NCBI GenBank assembly: GCA_964553245.1
Contig: CAZKJM010000001.1
Coordinates: forward strand, 81,806-145,805
Source of the DNA: an uncultured Gammaproteobacteria bacterium
GTDB lineage: Bacteria > Patescibacteriota > Microgenomatia > Levybacterales > UBA12049
Direction of reading: 5' to 3'
DNA: 64,000 bases
The position numbers were made by a program, and so were the translations under genes. This document shows positions 19,318 through 28,897 of this stretch, piece after piece; the first letter of the stretch is position 1; each line of letters opens with the position of its first letter. The notes beneath the pieces are model-generated. The model searched no databases and was not told the DNA's origin. It worked only from the letters and a program-made list of their open reading frames with translations.

Positions 19318-19851
19318 TTAAAATCCTGGATAGATCACCTTTAATTTTTGCTTATCTATACCTAAGATATCAATTGCATCCTGTTTCGTAGCCTCAGAAA
19401 TACAAAATACTATATTAGACTCTTTTTTTACCCAATTAAGTTTTCTTCTTTGCGTCTGAACAATTTTATTGTCTGTTTCTTCTGGTTTAGAATATACAAT
19501 AAGGTCATATAAAATTGTAGCCTTAATTGCCTTTCTTGCTGGCGGTTCCGTCCAATCTGAAGTAATAAATAAATCTATGTCTCCGATAAAATTTTCGATT
19601 GGAACAATGTGAAGCTTATTCCATAAAATATTAAGTAAAGTTGGAGGTAGATTAAACGATTTTATCTTTACGTTATTTGAATTACTAAAATTTAACAAAG
19701 ACGAATCAATTTTTTTTCTTAAAGATGAAAAAAATAAAACATATTCATTCTTTGTGTCAATTTCCAAGAGAGCATTAACTAAGTTTTTAAGATATTCTGA
19801 AACTCCAGTGTTTTTGTATGCTAACTGAGAAATATCTATTCCAATTCTCAT
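19318..19851 (-). CDS. Stand-alone GT4 N-terminal (acceptor) domain
   Basis: IGIDIS, TGVSEY, TILYDL, CISEATKQD; stops at the VIYPGF linker with no C-terminal EGFGLP domain; the next gene starts 4 nt later. Confidence 0.75.
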   Translation of the reverse strand: MRIGIDISQLAYKNTGVSEYLKNLVNALLEIDTKNEYVLFFSSLRKKIDSSLLNFSNSNNVKIKSFNLPPTLLNILWNKLHIVPIENFIGDIDLFITSDWTEPPARKAIKATILYDLIVYSKPEETDNKIVQTQRRKLNWVKKESNIVFCISEATKQDAIDILGIDKQKLKVIYPGF

Positions 19852-19857
19852 TCTTTA

Positions 19858-19911
19858 ATTTTACTATTATTTAACCCTAATCTTCAAATATAAATTATTA
19901 TTTGTTAAAAT
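19858..19911. promoter_or_regulatory. Divergent promoter pair, both apparently leaderless
   Basis: Minus: TAAAAT-N6-ATG(19851). Plus: TGT-TAAAAT-N6-ATG(19918). Confidence 0.55.
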
Positions 19912-19917
19912 GCTCCA

Positions 19918-20871
19918 ATGGGAATTGAAACAGAAAACAAAAGTATTATTAATTTAGGATCAAATCCTGAGCAAGAAACAAAAACATACAACATTAATGT
20001 AGATAATTTTATAAAAAAATACAAAGTAGAAGATCAAAAAACCATAGAAGTATTACGAGATTTTCCTACTCTTTGCTATCTTTTAGGAAATGTAACAGAG
20101 GAACCTCAAGGAACTGATTCAAGCCCAGATGGAATAAATCGTCATATTTTTTATTTAACAGAAGGTTCTGGAATGTTCGGATTAAAAAACCCAGAAGATG
20201 CTCAAAGATGGAAAGGTATTTTTAATCATATAATGGGATCTTCTAGGCATGTATATTTTTTATCCGAAAAAATTAATGCTTCAACAGCTAATCAAAAACA
20301 AGAATTATTCGATTTGGGATTTGATATTAATTCTCTTCGACAAATAAATCCTAAAATTCTTAGAGATTTTATGTTTGTTAACCATGCTGCAAGAAGACGA
20401 TTTGATGAAAGAAAATGGCATAATCTAAGAGATGATGCACACCCTGAAGGAGAAAGCGAAGATCTAACTACAAATTTACTTCTAGAAAATGATGCGCCTG
20501 AAGAGTTGATAAATTTAATGCGAGCAGAAAACCATACTTACTTAACCACACTTGGACGGAATAATTATCTTCCGAATCTTTCAATTAATATATTGACCTA
20601 TGGTGACTGGACATTTGGTCAAAAACCAGTCACCATAAAGGAAAGGTTTACTCAGCTAAGAAAATCCCGAAGACAACCCGAAGTAGTACTTAATAAACTT
20701 GAAAACTTCGCGCTTTACTTTGAGAAGTCTATAAAAAAAATATTCGGGGAAAGTATTTTTAGCGACATGATAAAATCTGGTCCTTATAGATGGGAAACAA
20801 AAATTCGAGACGCATATTGTTCTGCTTCTGGATTAACCATCGAAGATGTTTTTCCGAGTTATCGCAGGTAA
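19918..20871 (+). CDS. Hypothetical protein, divergent HD-superfamily-like
   Basis: Soluble 317-aa ORF; FNHI...VNHAARR...AHP...ENH...LTYGDW...VTIKERFTQL resembles HDIG-type hydrolases, but with HA in place of HD. Confidence 0.6.
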   Translation: MGIETENKSIINLGSNPEQETKTYNINVDNFIKKYKVEDQKTIEVLRDFPTLCYLLGNVTEEPQGTDSSPDGINRHIFYLTEGSGMFGLKNPEDAQRWKGIFNHIMGSSRHVYFLSEKINASTANQKQELFDLGFDINSLRQINPKILRDFMFVNHAARRRFDERKWHNLRDDAHPEGESEDLTTNLLLENDAPEELINLMRAENHTYLTTLGRNNYLPNLSINILTYGDWTFGQKPVTIKERFTQLRKSRRQPEVVLNKLENFALYFEKSIKKIFGESIFSDMIKSGPYRWETKIRDAYCSASGLTIEDVFPSYRR

Positions 20872-20886
20872 TAATTTAATAAAATT

Positions 20887-21117
20887 TTATCCCTTGGATT
20901 CATTTTTAAGCTCCTCAATAAATATAAAGATTATTGCTAAGGCAATAAAGGAAGCTGCATAATAAATCAATCTTTGGGCGGTAAAAAATATCCAACTTGA
21001 AAACAAAGGAATCGCCAATATTAAACAAGCCAATCCTAGACTTAAAGTAAGCTTAAAACTTCGTTTGAAAATTAAAAAAACAAATATTATTAAAAAAATA
21101 GCATCTTGTGGTTTCAT
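20887..21117 (-). CDS. Small integral membrane protein
   Basis: 76 aa, about 3 hydrophobic segments, WIFFTAQR. Confidence 0.7.
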   Translation of the reverse strand: MKPQDAIFLIIFVFLIFKRSFKLTLSLGLACLILAIPLFSSWIFFTAQRLIYYAASFIALAIIFIFIEELKNESKG

Positions 21118-21164
21118 TTAAACTGTTAAATAAGATTTAAGCCCGTTTTTTAAAAACATTTTCC

Positions 21165-22118
21165 TTAATCCGTACTATATTTTAGTATATACGAAGAAGA
21201 ATCTACTTGATCGTTTTTCTGATTTAAGTGAAGTAAAAGATCTGCTAAAAATCCAGTAAAAAACACCTGAATACCAGCCAATACTAAAAGAATTCCAAAT
21301 AAAAGAAGTGGTCTGTTACCAATTGATTCACCTTGAAATCTAAGTATGCTTAAGTAGGCTAAGATTATTGAGCCTATTCCAAATAAAATTGATCCAAAAA
21401 TTCCAAAAAAATGCATTGGTTTTTTGCTGTATTTGTGAAGAAATATCATTGTAAACATATCTGGAAGGTCTTTAACAACCTTAGATATACCATATTTAGA
21501 CTTTCCATATCTTCTTTCTTCATGCTTAGTTGGTATTTCTGTTACTTTAAAACCTTGCGCAAAACTAAGCAAAGGAATAAAACGATGCATCCCGCCATAA
21601 AGATTTAAGCTTTTTGCTGCCTCTTTTTTATAAGCTTTTAATCCGCAGTTATAATCATGAAGTTTAACTCCCCAAATCGTAGAAGCAAGAAGATTAAAAA
21701 CTCTCGAGAAAAAAACCTTACCAAGCGAGTCTTTTCTATTTTTTCTCCAACCGGATACAACATCGTATCCTTCATCGAGCTTATTAAGAAGAGCTTTAAT
21801 CTCATCAGGTTTATCTTGTAGATCAGCATCAAGAGTGACCATAAAATCGCCTTTTGCTTTCTGAAAACCAATGGTTAAAACCTCAGCTTTACCCTGATTT
21901 TTCCTTAAAGAAAAAATCCTAACATTCTTATTCTTCTTTTCAAAATCCTTTAAAATCTCTAACGAGCCATCATTTGATCCGTCATCAACGAAAACTACCT
22001 CATAAGATTTGTTAATCTTGGAAAGATTTTTAATAAGCTCATCATAAAAATACTGAAGGCTTTCTTTTTCGTTAAAAACCGGCACAACTATACTCAACAT
22101 ATAGTTGTATTCTACCAT
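21165..22118 (-). CDS. Polyprenyl-phosphate glycosyltransferase (ArnC/GtrB/DPM1-like GT2)
   Basis: VVPVFNE, VDDGSND, LDADLQD, DYNCGLKAY, MHRFIP, two C-terminal TMs; start may be 22100. Confidence 0.9.
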   Translation of the reverse strand: MVEYNYMLSIVVPVFNEKESLQYFYDELIKNLSKINKSYEVVFVDDGSNDGSLEILKDFEKKNKNVRIFSLRKNQGKAEVLTIGFQKAKGDFMVTLDADLQDKPDEIKALLNKLDEGYDVVSGWRKNRKDSLGKVFFSRVFNLLASTIWGVKLHDYNCGLKAYKKEAAKSLNLYGGMHRFIPLLSFAQGFKVTEIPTKHEERRYGKSKYGISKVVKDLPDMFTMIFLHKYSKKPMHFFGIFGSILFGIGSIILAYLSILRFQGESIGNRPLLLFGILLVLAGIQVFFTGFLADLLLHLNQKNDQVDSSSYILKYSTD

Positions 22119-24154
22119 TTTTTGGTTACATAACCAAACCCAAGGAAGAATAAAATTGAGGCTAAGGTTATTCCACTTAGAATTAAGCCTGTATCTACGT
22201 ATTTTTGCGGTTCATAATATACTGTTGCAGAGTAAGTCCCATCCTTATTGAGCTTAAAACTGTTAAATAACTTATACTTATCAGACATTATTTTTGAATC
22301 ACCAGCTATAAAACTCCAGTTCTTGTCAAAGCTTTCTGAAAAAATTAAATATGTATTTTTTTGAACATTTTCTAAGCTAACCTCATATTTAACTGGACTT
22401 ACATATTCATATTCAACATTACCCTGCCCAACTAGCCAAAAATGATCTTTTGGATCACTAACTTCAAAAACTTTTATTTTCCCAAAGCCTTCAGCGGGTC
22501 TTAACCAAGCTATCTTATTAATCTCATTTACTGTCTTTAAATATTCAACCTCGCTATATACCCTATCTTCTAAAAATATTTCTCCCTCAGAATCATATGG
22601 AACAATAACATACTTAACTGCTGATTCTCGTAAAAGGTTTTCTGTTTCTTTTTTGTCTAGACTCATAAATAAAGCAGAACTACTTGAGGTATTAAAAAGT
22701 TGAGAAGAGGAAATACTTGGATGTCTATTTGTTCCCATTGCAAATCGTTGTGTTGTTGGAACCCAAAAAGTTCTAAAAAATTGATCTTTTGACGAAATAA
22801 AATTATTTAATTTATCATATTCCAACGGAATACTACCCGGTTTAAAAGTTCCTGTCAGTTGACCAAGAATTGCAGGACAAATAAGAAACATTAAATAAAA
22901 GATAACAAGTAGTAAGAATAAATTTGGTAGGATTTTTTTATTTTTAAGTTGTAATTTTGAATTTTGAATTTTGAATTTTGAATTTATGAACACATATATT
23001 TTCGATACAGAGAATGGAATTAACATCGAATAAGATAAAACAATCAAGGCATAAAACTTCGTCGGGTCTCTAAACATCTGCATACCGGGAAGATGATTAA
23101 ATAGCCATAAATATATATTTCCAAACGGCTCATTTGATCCCTTTGCCAAAAATGCTCCAAATAGTCCCAATACTAAAAAATAGATAATATAAAGTTTTTC
23201 TTTTGAACTTTTTAATCCTTTAATAAAAAATAAGCTTAAATAAGCTAATATTGGTAAAATCAAGAATTCCGGCTTTAAAAAATATACTTTTCCAAAAATA
23301 TTTTCCGGCCAATTCGGATGAAGAAGAGAAAAAGAATTCTCAAATTTTGCAAAACTAAAAAACATTACGCCTTGAGAAGTGCTATACGCACTACCCATCT
23401 GCTCTATTGGATTTTGCCCAACAAGTAAAATTGGCAGAATCCAGTAAGAATTTAAAAGCAAAACAATAAATAAAGATAAAATAAACAATATTAAAGTATT
23501 GAAAAATACTTTCTTGTTTACATTTAATAAATTAAAAAGTAATAGAAGCAAAAATATAGAACATATTGCAACATATCCGATTCTTAAATCAAGCATTATC
23601 TGGATAGTTAAAATTAATCCTATTATTAATGTTTTTCTAAATAATTCATAAAAAGATATTTTTACAAAATTGTCTTTGGCAAAAATATTAATAAAAGAAT
23701 ATAAAGTTATTGGAATAAGTGCTATGGATAATGCAATAAATATTTGTCCGCCTCCAACAAGCATTAAAACATAGGAATTAAATAAAAATATTAAAGGGGT
23801 TAAAAAATAAAAATTATTATTTTTAAATAATCTCTTAAAAAGAAAACTTGAGGAAATTATTGAAAGTACAATAAAAGAATAAAAAAATGCAATTTTTTGA
23901 ATTAATTCTAAATTTATTTTTAAAAGATTACCTAAGAATAAAGGAAAACCAATAATAAAATTTAACCATCCATAAGCGTACATTGGTCCTCCCAATCCAC
24001 TTAAACCATTTCCCCAAGCGAATGCATTTAAAGTTGGGTTACTTACTGACAATGTAAAATCTCCCGAATTAACAGCGTTTCCTATAAACCAATTTCTAAA
24101 AACCGTTATTGTTAAAACAAAAAACAAGACTAGGGGAAAATTTTTTAATTTCAT
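22112..24154 (-). CDS. GT-C membrane protein (AftD/DUF3367-YfhO-like)
   Basis: Polytopic; NSYWILP, AKGSNEPFG, MFRDPTKF, C-terminal SESFDKNW beta domain plus TM. Confidence 0.7.
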   Translation of the reverse strand: MKLKNFPLVLFFVLTITVFRNWFIGNAVNSGDFTLSVSNPTLNAFAWGNGLSGLGGPMYAYGWLNFIIGFPLFLGNLLKINLELIQKIAFFYSFIVLSIISSSFLFKRLFKNNNFYFLTPLIFLFNSYVLMLVGGGQIFIALSIALIPITLYSFINIFAKDNFVKISFYELFRKTLIIGLILTIQIMLDLRIGYVAICSIFLLLLLFNLLNVNKKVFFNTLILFILSLFIVLLLNSYWILPILLVGQNPIEQMGSAYSTSQGVMFFSFAKFENSFSLLHPNWPENIFGKVYFLKPEFLILPILAYLSLFFIKGLKSSKEKLYIIYFLVLGLFGAFLAKGSNEPFGNIYLWLFNHLPGMQMFRDPTKFYALIVLSYSMLIPFSVSKIYVFINSKFKIQNSKLQLKNKKILPNLFLLLVIFYLMFLICPAILGQLTGTFKPGSIPLEYDKLNNFISSKDQFFRTFWVPTTQRFAMGTNRHPSISSSQLFNTSSSSALFMSLDKKETENLLRESAVKYVIVPYDSEGEIFLEDRVYSEVEYLKTVNEINKIAWLRPAEGFGKIKVFEVSDPKDHFWLVGQGNVEYEYVSPVKYEVSLENVQKNTYLIFSESFDKNWSFIAGDSKIMSDKYKLFNSFKLNKDGTYSATVYYEPQKYVDTGLILSGITLASILFFLGFGYVTKKW
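22953..22985. repeat. Perfect in-gene heptamer tandem repeat (AATTTTG)x4 + AATTT
   Basis: Read directly; encodes NSKFKIQNSKL in a loop of the 680-aa protein. Confidence 0.9.
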
Positions 24155-24474
24155 TTTTTATAAAATCTATCTTTAAATAAAAGATAAAAATATTTAGCTA
24201 ATGACAAAACGAGAAACCCATAAACAAAAGACATATAATGATTTGCTTCGACGGGAGAATTTAAAAGAAAGCTTACTATGCTTATACAAAAAAATATTAA
24301 AGCACAAATTTCAAAACTGAATCTTAATAAAACTAATATTATACAAAAAGTATAAATTACAAAATAATTTATATCGAATATCTGTCTTAATATAAAATAA
24401 TACAAAATAAAAAAAGGCCATTGCAAAAATCTATTGCTTTTTTTATCAAAATATTTTAACCACAACTTTTTCAT
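24151..24474 (-). CDS. Small integral membrane protein
   Basis: 107 aa hydrophobic; ATGA overlaps at both ends. Confidence 0.7.
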   Translation of the reverse strand: MKKLWLKYFDKKSNRFLQWPFFILYYFILRQIFDINYFVIYTFCIILVLLRFSFEICALIFFCISIVSFLLNSPVEANHYMSFVYGFLVLSLAKYFYLLFKDRFYKK

Positions 24475-27400
24475 TTTTTATTAAGTCTTATATACAAAAT
24501 TAATGTTAAAATGAATACTGCTACTAAGATAAAAGCATTTCTTATCGTCTTTTTATACCCGATATATTCAATAATTATCGTGTCCGTTGGAGAATCTATG
24601 TACCATGCATTCGAGTATGAACTAGAAAAATGGTAATAATTTTTTTTATTATCATCTATTGGATAAGCAATCCAATCTTTATTATACGTTTGATTAAAAG
24701 CTAAAAATCCAGAAAAATTTTTTGACATTTTTAATTCATATTTCATTGGACTGTTTTTTCTTACATCTAAAATTCTTCCTGTTGTTTGTTTTTTGGAAGT
24801 TTCTAGCAAACAGTAAAGCCTTACATCGTCATTGCCTACTTCAGGAGAAATTATAAAATCATTATAAATACTAGGATTATTAGAATTCGTATCTAAATTA
24901 ATCACATAAAAATAATACACTGGGTGATCAAAATTATTCACATTAAATTCCTTCGAAAAAGCTTGTTGCTTATTGCTCTTTTTGAGTATCGTTCCAAAAA
25001 CAATAGAATTTTTATCGTGTACTCCATCTCTTATTTCATTTAAATCTAATTTTCCCTTGGACAATAACAAAACATATGTTCCTTCAGATTCTTCATTAAG
25101 AGTAAAACCAATATGATAGCTTCCATTTTTTAGCAAACCAGCTTTTATCTCATTTATACCTCCTACATTTTCCTGCAGACTATCTAACTCTAAGATATTT
25201 TTTACATTATATTTAATCTCTGCTTGAAAGCTTCCTTTTGAAAGAGTAATGTAACCCGGAAGAGATAACTCGTTATTGTTAATAGTAACTTTATTAATAT
25301 TTAAATTACTATTTCTTGCCTCAGCGAAACACCTATAATCTCCTGTATGTGATATATCAAGCCTCATTCTGTAAACTTTTTCAATATAATCTGTCTCCCA
25401 AATATTGTTTTTAATATCATTAATTGACTTTTCTATGTATGATAAAAGATAAAGTATTTGCGTATTCAGCTCATTATCTCTTAGGGGATTGATTTTTGTA
25501 GGATTAAAATTTCCACCGGTAACAAAGTTTATCAATTTTTCCTGCTGTGGGATTAGAAAATTAATTACTTCAATACTTTTGTTGTTTTTTGTAAAAAAAT
25601 CTGAATTTAACGAATTTAAATTATTTATCGTGTCTCTAAAAGATAAAATATATTTTGACGCCTGGTCCTTAACTTCGCCTGTTGTACCATTATCTATTTT
25701 TTTAAATAAATTCAAAAATTCATTCTGGGTATGAATTAACGAATAACTAATTTTATCTTCATCGGTTAATATTACTGGATTTGTCTTTCCGATAATTGTT
25801 TTTATTACCGTTTTAATTTTCTTTATGAAGCTATCGTCATCTACTTGAGGTAATTTTGCATTAATCTTAATGCAGCCTACGCAATTGGCAACAGAAGAAT
25901 AATCACTAATTTTTTCACTAAATTGCTTTAGTAAAGTATTTTCACTTACAATGATGTATCCCTCAACTGCGCCTATTTGTCTTGATAAAATCTCAAATTC
26001 CTCCCCTGAATTTAGTTGTAAATTAGTATATACCAGCCTTGAAGGCGTTGAAAAACCATAGTTAAAATCTTTAATTGTATTTAACTTAAATAACTTAAAA
26101 TATGTATTTTCATAAATCTTATTAAATTCTTCATCTTTTTCAAGCCCAAAAGCTATTTTTTCCGGATCAATATCATTTAAGTTTAAATAATTTGTGTAGT
26201 AAAAAGGCACATTATCTTTTTTTACTAAAACTAAACCTATTTGGTTTTGGACTAGAAAATTTTTAAAATCTTGCAAGTTATCTTTTTGAAGCATCAAATA
26301 TGGAGACATATTAAAAGAATCAGGTTTGTTTTGAATAAATTGTGTATTTAAAAAACTGCAATTTATCAACCTGTTTAAAATTTCCTGTCCAACATAGGAG
26401 TAACCCGTTTTTTCCCATACTGCGTTTGAGATAATTGATGTTTTCGGAATAACAAGAGTTGTCGTACGTTGACATTCCTTTTCTAAATTGAGTTTTAAAT
26501 CATAATATTCAACTGGAATTTGAGTTTTTGAACTAAAAACATAGTCTTTATTACCGTAAGTGAAATTAACTTTTTTAACATTGTCGTAAGAAAAAATAAA
26601 AAATGGTCCCGTTATTATCGCGGTAACACACAGCACAAGAAAAAATGTAGCAAATATTGTCTTTTTCATTTTGTAGCGAATAAGATAATCCAGTAGTAGC
26701 ATTAAACCAACACCTGTTAAAACAAAGTAACTGAAAAAGTAAAAAAGTCCTGCTTTTTGATACGCATCTCTAAACGCTCCAAAAAATGGAATATAATCAA
26801 ATGCAAATCTTAATATCCAAGACAATGGAGGATTCCCGGCTTTCATAATAAATATGAACATCAGAAGTAAAAATAAAAAATATATTAAAATATTTTTATT
26901 CTTTATATTTTTTAGCCTAAGCATCAAAAAAACAATCAAAAAGGGAAGAAGGAAAATCGGTAAAGTGAAAACAGAACCGCTGACATAAAATTCATTCCAG
27001 CTAAATGCATTATTTATCATCATCGGACTACCCAAGATCCTTAAAATATTTAACAAGGTGCTCCCTTGGGCATTAACGTCAAGATATATAGAGGTTCCCA
27101 AGCTAGCCTGGGATTCATACTGCTTAGCCAAAATTGAGATTATTGGAGAAAACCACCACGAGTTAATTAAAACGACTAATAAAAAGAATAAACAAATATT
27201 TAATGTTTTCCTACTGATTAATTTTGTATTAGAAGTAAAAAAATAAAAGAATAGGTATATAAAGATGATTATTAAATATTGAGCAAGATAGATATATGAA
27301 ATAAATCCTGGGATTAAAAATAATTCACTCAAAAAAAATGCGAATAACCAAAATGACCTTTTATGCTGATTATTTTTGTCTAATGGAAAAAGCTTAATAA

Positions 27401-27893
27401 GACATAAAAAATTAAATGGAAGCATGCTGTAAATATAAATTTGGGGATTAAACATAAAATAAGCATAATAAAAAGTGTAAAGATTTAAAGAATAAATAAT
27501 TGAAAATGAAATGATGCCGAGTGAAATATATTTATTCTTATTAATTTTTAGATAACTGGCAAGATAGCTCAAGAATAAATAATAGCTAATAATAGATAAC
27601 ATTATGAAAGAAATATATAGAAGAAATTGCGCAGTTGACAAGCTTGAAAATAACTCCGCAAATAAGGATGTTGGCAAAACATAAGGAATCCAAGCCCAGC
27701 CAAAACCAAAATCACCAGGAAAAATATTGCTATCCCATGTATCAAGAAAATGTAAAGAATGCGTTAAATCAAAAGAAAGAAGACTATCCCAATAATAAAT
27801 GATTGTACCTCCCTCAAACCATTTATGTACTGCCATTACCGCAATAAAAAAACTAAATATAATTAAAACAACTGCCTTCAGGATTTTGCTCAT
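24471..27893 (-). CDS. Large GT-C membrane protein (AftD/DUF3367-like) with long extracytoplasmic region
   Basis: YYWD, NSWWFSP, MKAGNPP, GAFRDAYQKAG; about 650-aa soluble region; FNQTYNKDW and SNAWY terminal module. Confidence 0.65.
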   Translation of the reverse strand: MSKILKAVVLIIFSFFIAVMAVHKWFEGGTIIYYWDSLLSFDLTHSLHFLDTWDSNIFPGDFGFGWAWIPYVLPTSLFAELFSSLSTAQFLLYISFIMLSIISYYLFLSYLASYLKINKNKYISLGIISFSIIYSLNLYTFYYAYFMFNPQIYIYSMLPFNFLCLIKLFPLDKNNQHKRSFWLFAFFLSELFLIPGFISYIYLAQYLIIIFIYLFFYFFTSNTKLISRKTLNICLFFLLVVLINSWWFSPIISILAKQYESQASLGTSIYLDVNAQGSTLLNILRILGSPMMINNAFSWNEFYVSGSVFTLPIFLLPFLIVFLMLRLKNIKNKNILIYFLFLLLMFIFIMKAGNPPLSWILRFAFDYIPFFGAFRDAYQKAGLFYFFSYFVLTGVGLMLLLDYLIRYKMKKTIFATFFLVLCVTAIITGPFFIFSYDNVKKVNFTYGNKDYVFSSKTQIPVEYYDLKLNLEKECQRTTTLVIPKTSIISNAVWEKTGYSYVGQEILNRLINCSFLNTQFIQNKPDSFNMSPYLMLQKDNLQDFKNFLVQNQIGLVLVKKDNVPFYYTNYLNLNDIDPEKIAFGLEKDEEFNKIYENTYFKLFKLNTIKDFNYGFSTPSRLVYTNLQLNSGEEFEILSRQIGAVEGYIIVSENTLLKQFSEKISDYSSVANCVGCIKINAKLPQVDDDSFIKKIKTVIKTIIGKTNPVILTDEDKISYSLIHTQNEFLNLFKKIDNGTTGEVKDQASKYILSFRDTINNLNSLNSDFFTKNNKSIEVINFLIPQQEKLINFVTGGNFNPTKINPLRDNELNTQILYLLSYIEKSINDIKNNIWETDYIEKVYRMRLDISHTGDYRCFAEARNSNLNINKVTINNNELSLPGYITLSKGSFQAEIKYNVKNILELDSLQENVGGINEIKAGLLKNGSYHIGFTLNEESEGTYVLLLSKGKLDLNEIRDGVHDKNSIVFGTILKKSNKQQAFSKEFNVNNFDHPVYYFYVINLDTNSNNPSIYNDFIISPEVGNDDVRLYCLLETSKKQTTGRILDVRKNSPMKYELKMSKNFSGFLAFNQTYNKDWIAYPIDDNKKNYYHFSSSYSNAWYIDSPTDTIIIEYIGYKKTIRNAFILVAVFILTLILYIRLNKK

Positions 27894-28897
27894 ATTATGT
27901 TTTTACCAATTGAACCCTCGCGAACTATTTTATTTAACGAATATCTTTTCATAAACTTTAACATTAACTTTGGGATTAACAATGAAGAAACTAACCAAAA
28001 CCAGAAAGAAAAACTATATAAAAATTTTTTTCTTAATTGTATTACCCTTCTTGCTCCTTTTATTAGGTTAAAATTGGTATTAGAATACTTATTTGCCGGA
28101 AAATGTCTAATTAATTCTCTTATTATTTTGTCAATGAACTCATTTGCTTCTTCTTTATTAAGTGACTTTTGTAAAAATAATAAATACTTTTCAAATGAAA
28201 ATTTACCTTCTTTTATGTAAAAAAAGGGGTGATTAGGGTTTTTATCTTTATCTATCCACCGAGCAAAAAATAAATATTTGGAAATAAAAAATCCTCCGCT
28301 CTCTTTTATATTACCTATTAACATGTCTATCCATGGGATAAGCTCTGAATTAATTAATCTATTTTTTTTATTCTGCTTCAATATGATTCCCGTAAGAAAA
28401 AATGGATCCACTTTTTCAAGGAATTTGATAATTTCATAATTGCCCAAATTAGGATTCAGACTCTTATTTGTTAAAAATTTATTATCCTTATTAAAATTAA
28501 AAATTTTTCCTGTTTTATCATTAACGCTTAAGTAATTTGCTCTAATAAATCCATAATTATTCTTTGTTAAATGTTTATAAATATGCTTTAAAGCATTACT
28601 ATTCTTCATATAGTCGTCGTCTCCATGAAAAATAATGTATCTTCCCTTAGATAATGAAATTGCTTTCTGAAGGTTACCTATCCAAGTAATTTTTTTTGCA
28701 TTTTTTATATACTTTATTCTTGAATCCTTAAAGCTTAATACGATTTCTCTTGTTGAATCACTAGAGTTGTTATCAGAGATTACAATCTCAAAATTTTTAA
28801 AAGTTTGTTTAAGTATGGCAACTATTGCTTTATTAAGATATTGTTCTCTATTGTAAGTGGGTATCAAAATTGAAAAAAAGGGGTTATTTACTTTCAT
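27890..28897 (-). CDS. GT2 glycosyltransferase
   Basis: SILIPTYNR, ISDNNSSD, FHGDDD. Confidence 0.9.
   Translation of the reverse strand: MKVNNPFFSILIPTYNREQYLNKAIVAILKQTFKNFEIVISDNNSSDSTREIVLSFKDSRIKYIKNAKKITWIGNLQKAISLSKGRYIIFHGDDDYMKNSNALKHIYKHLTKNNYGFIRANYLSVNDKTGKIFNFNKDNKFLTNKSLNPNLGNYEIIKFLEKVDPFFLTGIILKQNKKNRLINSELIPWIDMLIGNIKESGGFFISKYLFFARWIDKDKNPNHPFFYIKEGKFSFEKYLLFLQKSLNKEEANEFIDKIIRELIRHFPANKYSNTNFNLIKGARRVIQLRKKFLYSFSFWFWLVSSLLIPKLMLKFMKRYSLNKIVREGSIGKNII

Noticed and set aside
22953-22985. CRISPR array or terminator
   Set aside because: Contiguous 7-nt units with no spacers, inside a CDS, and no cas genes.
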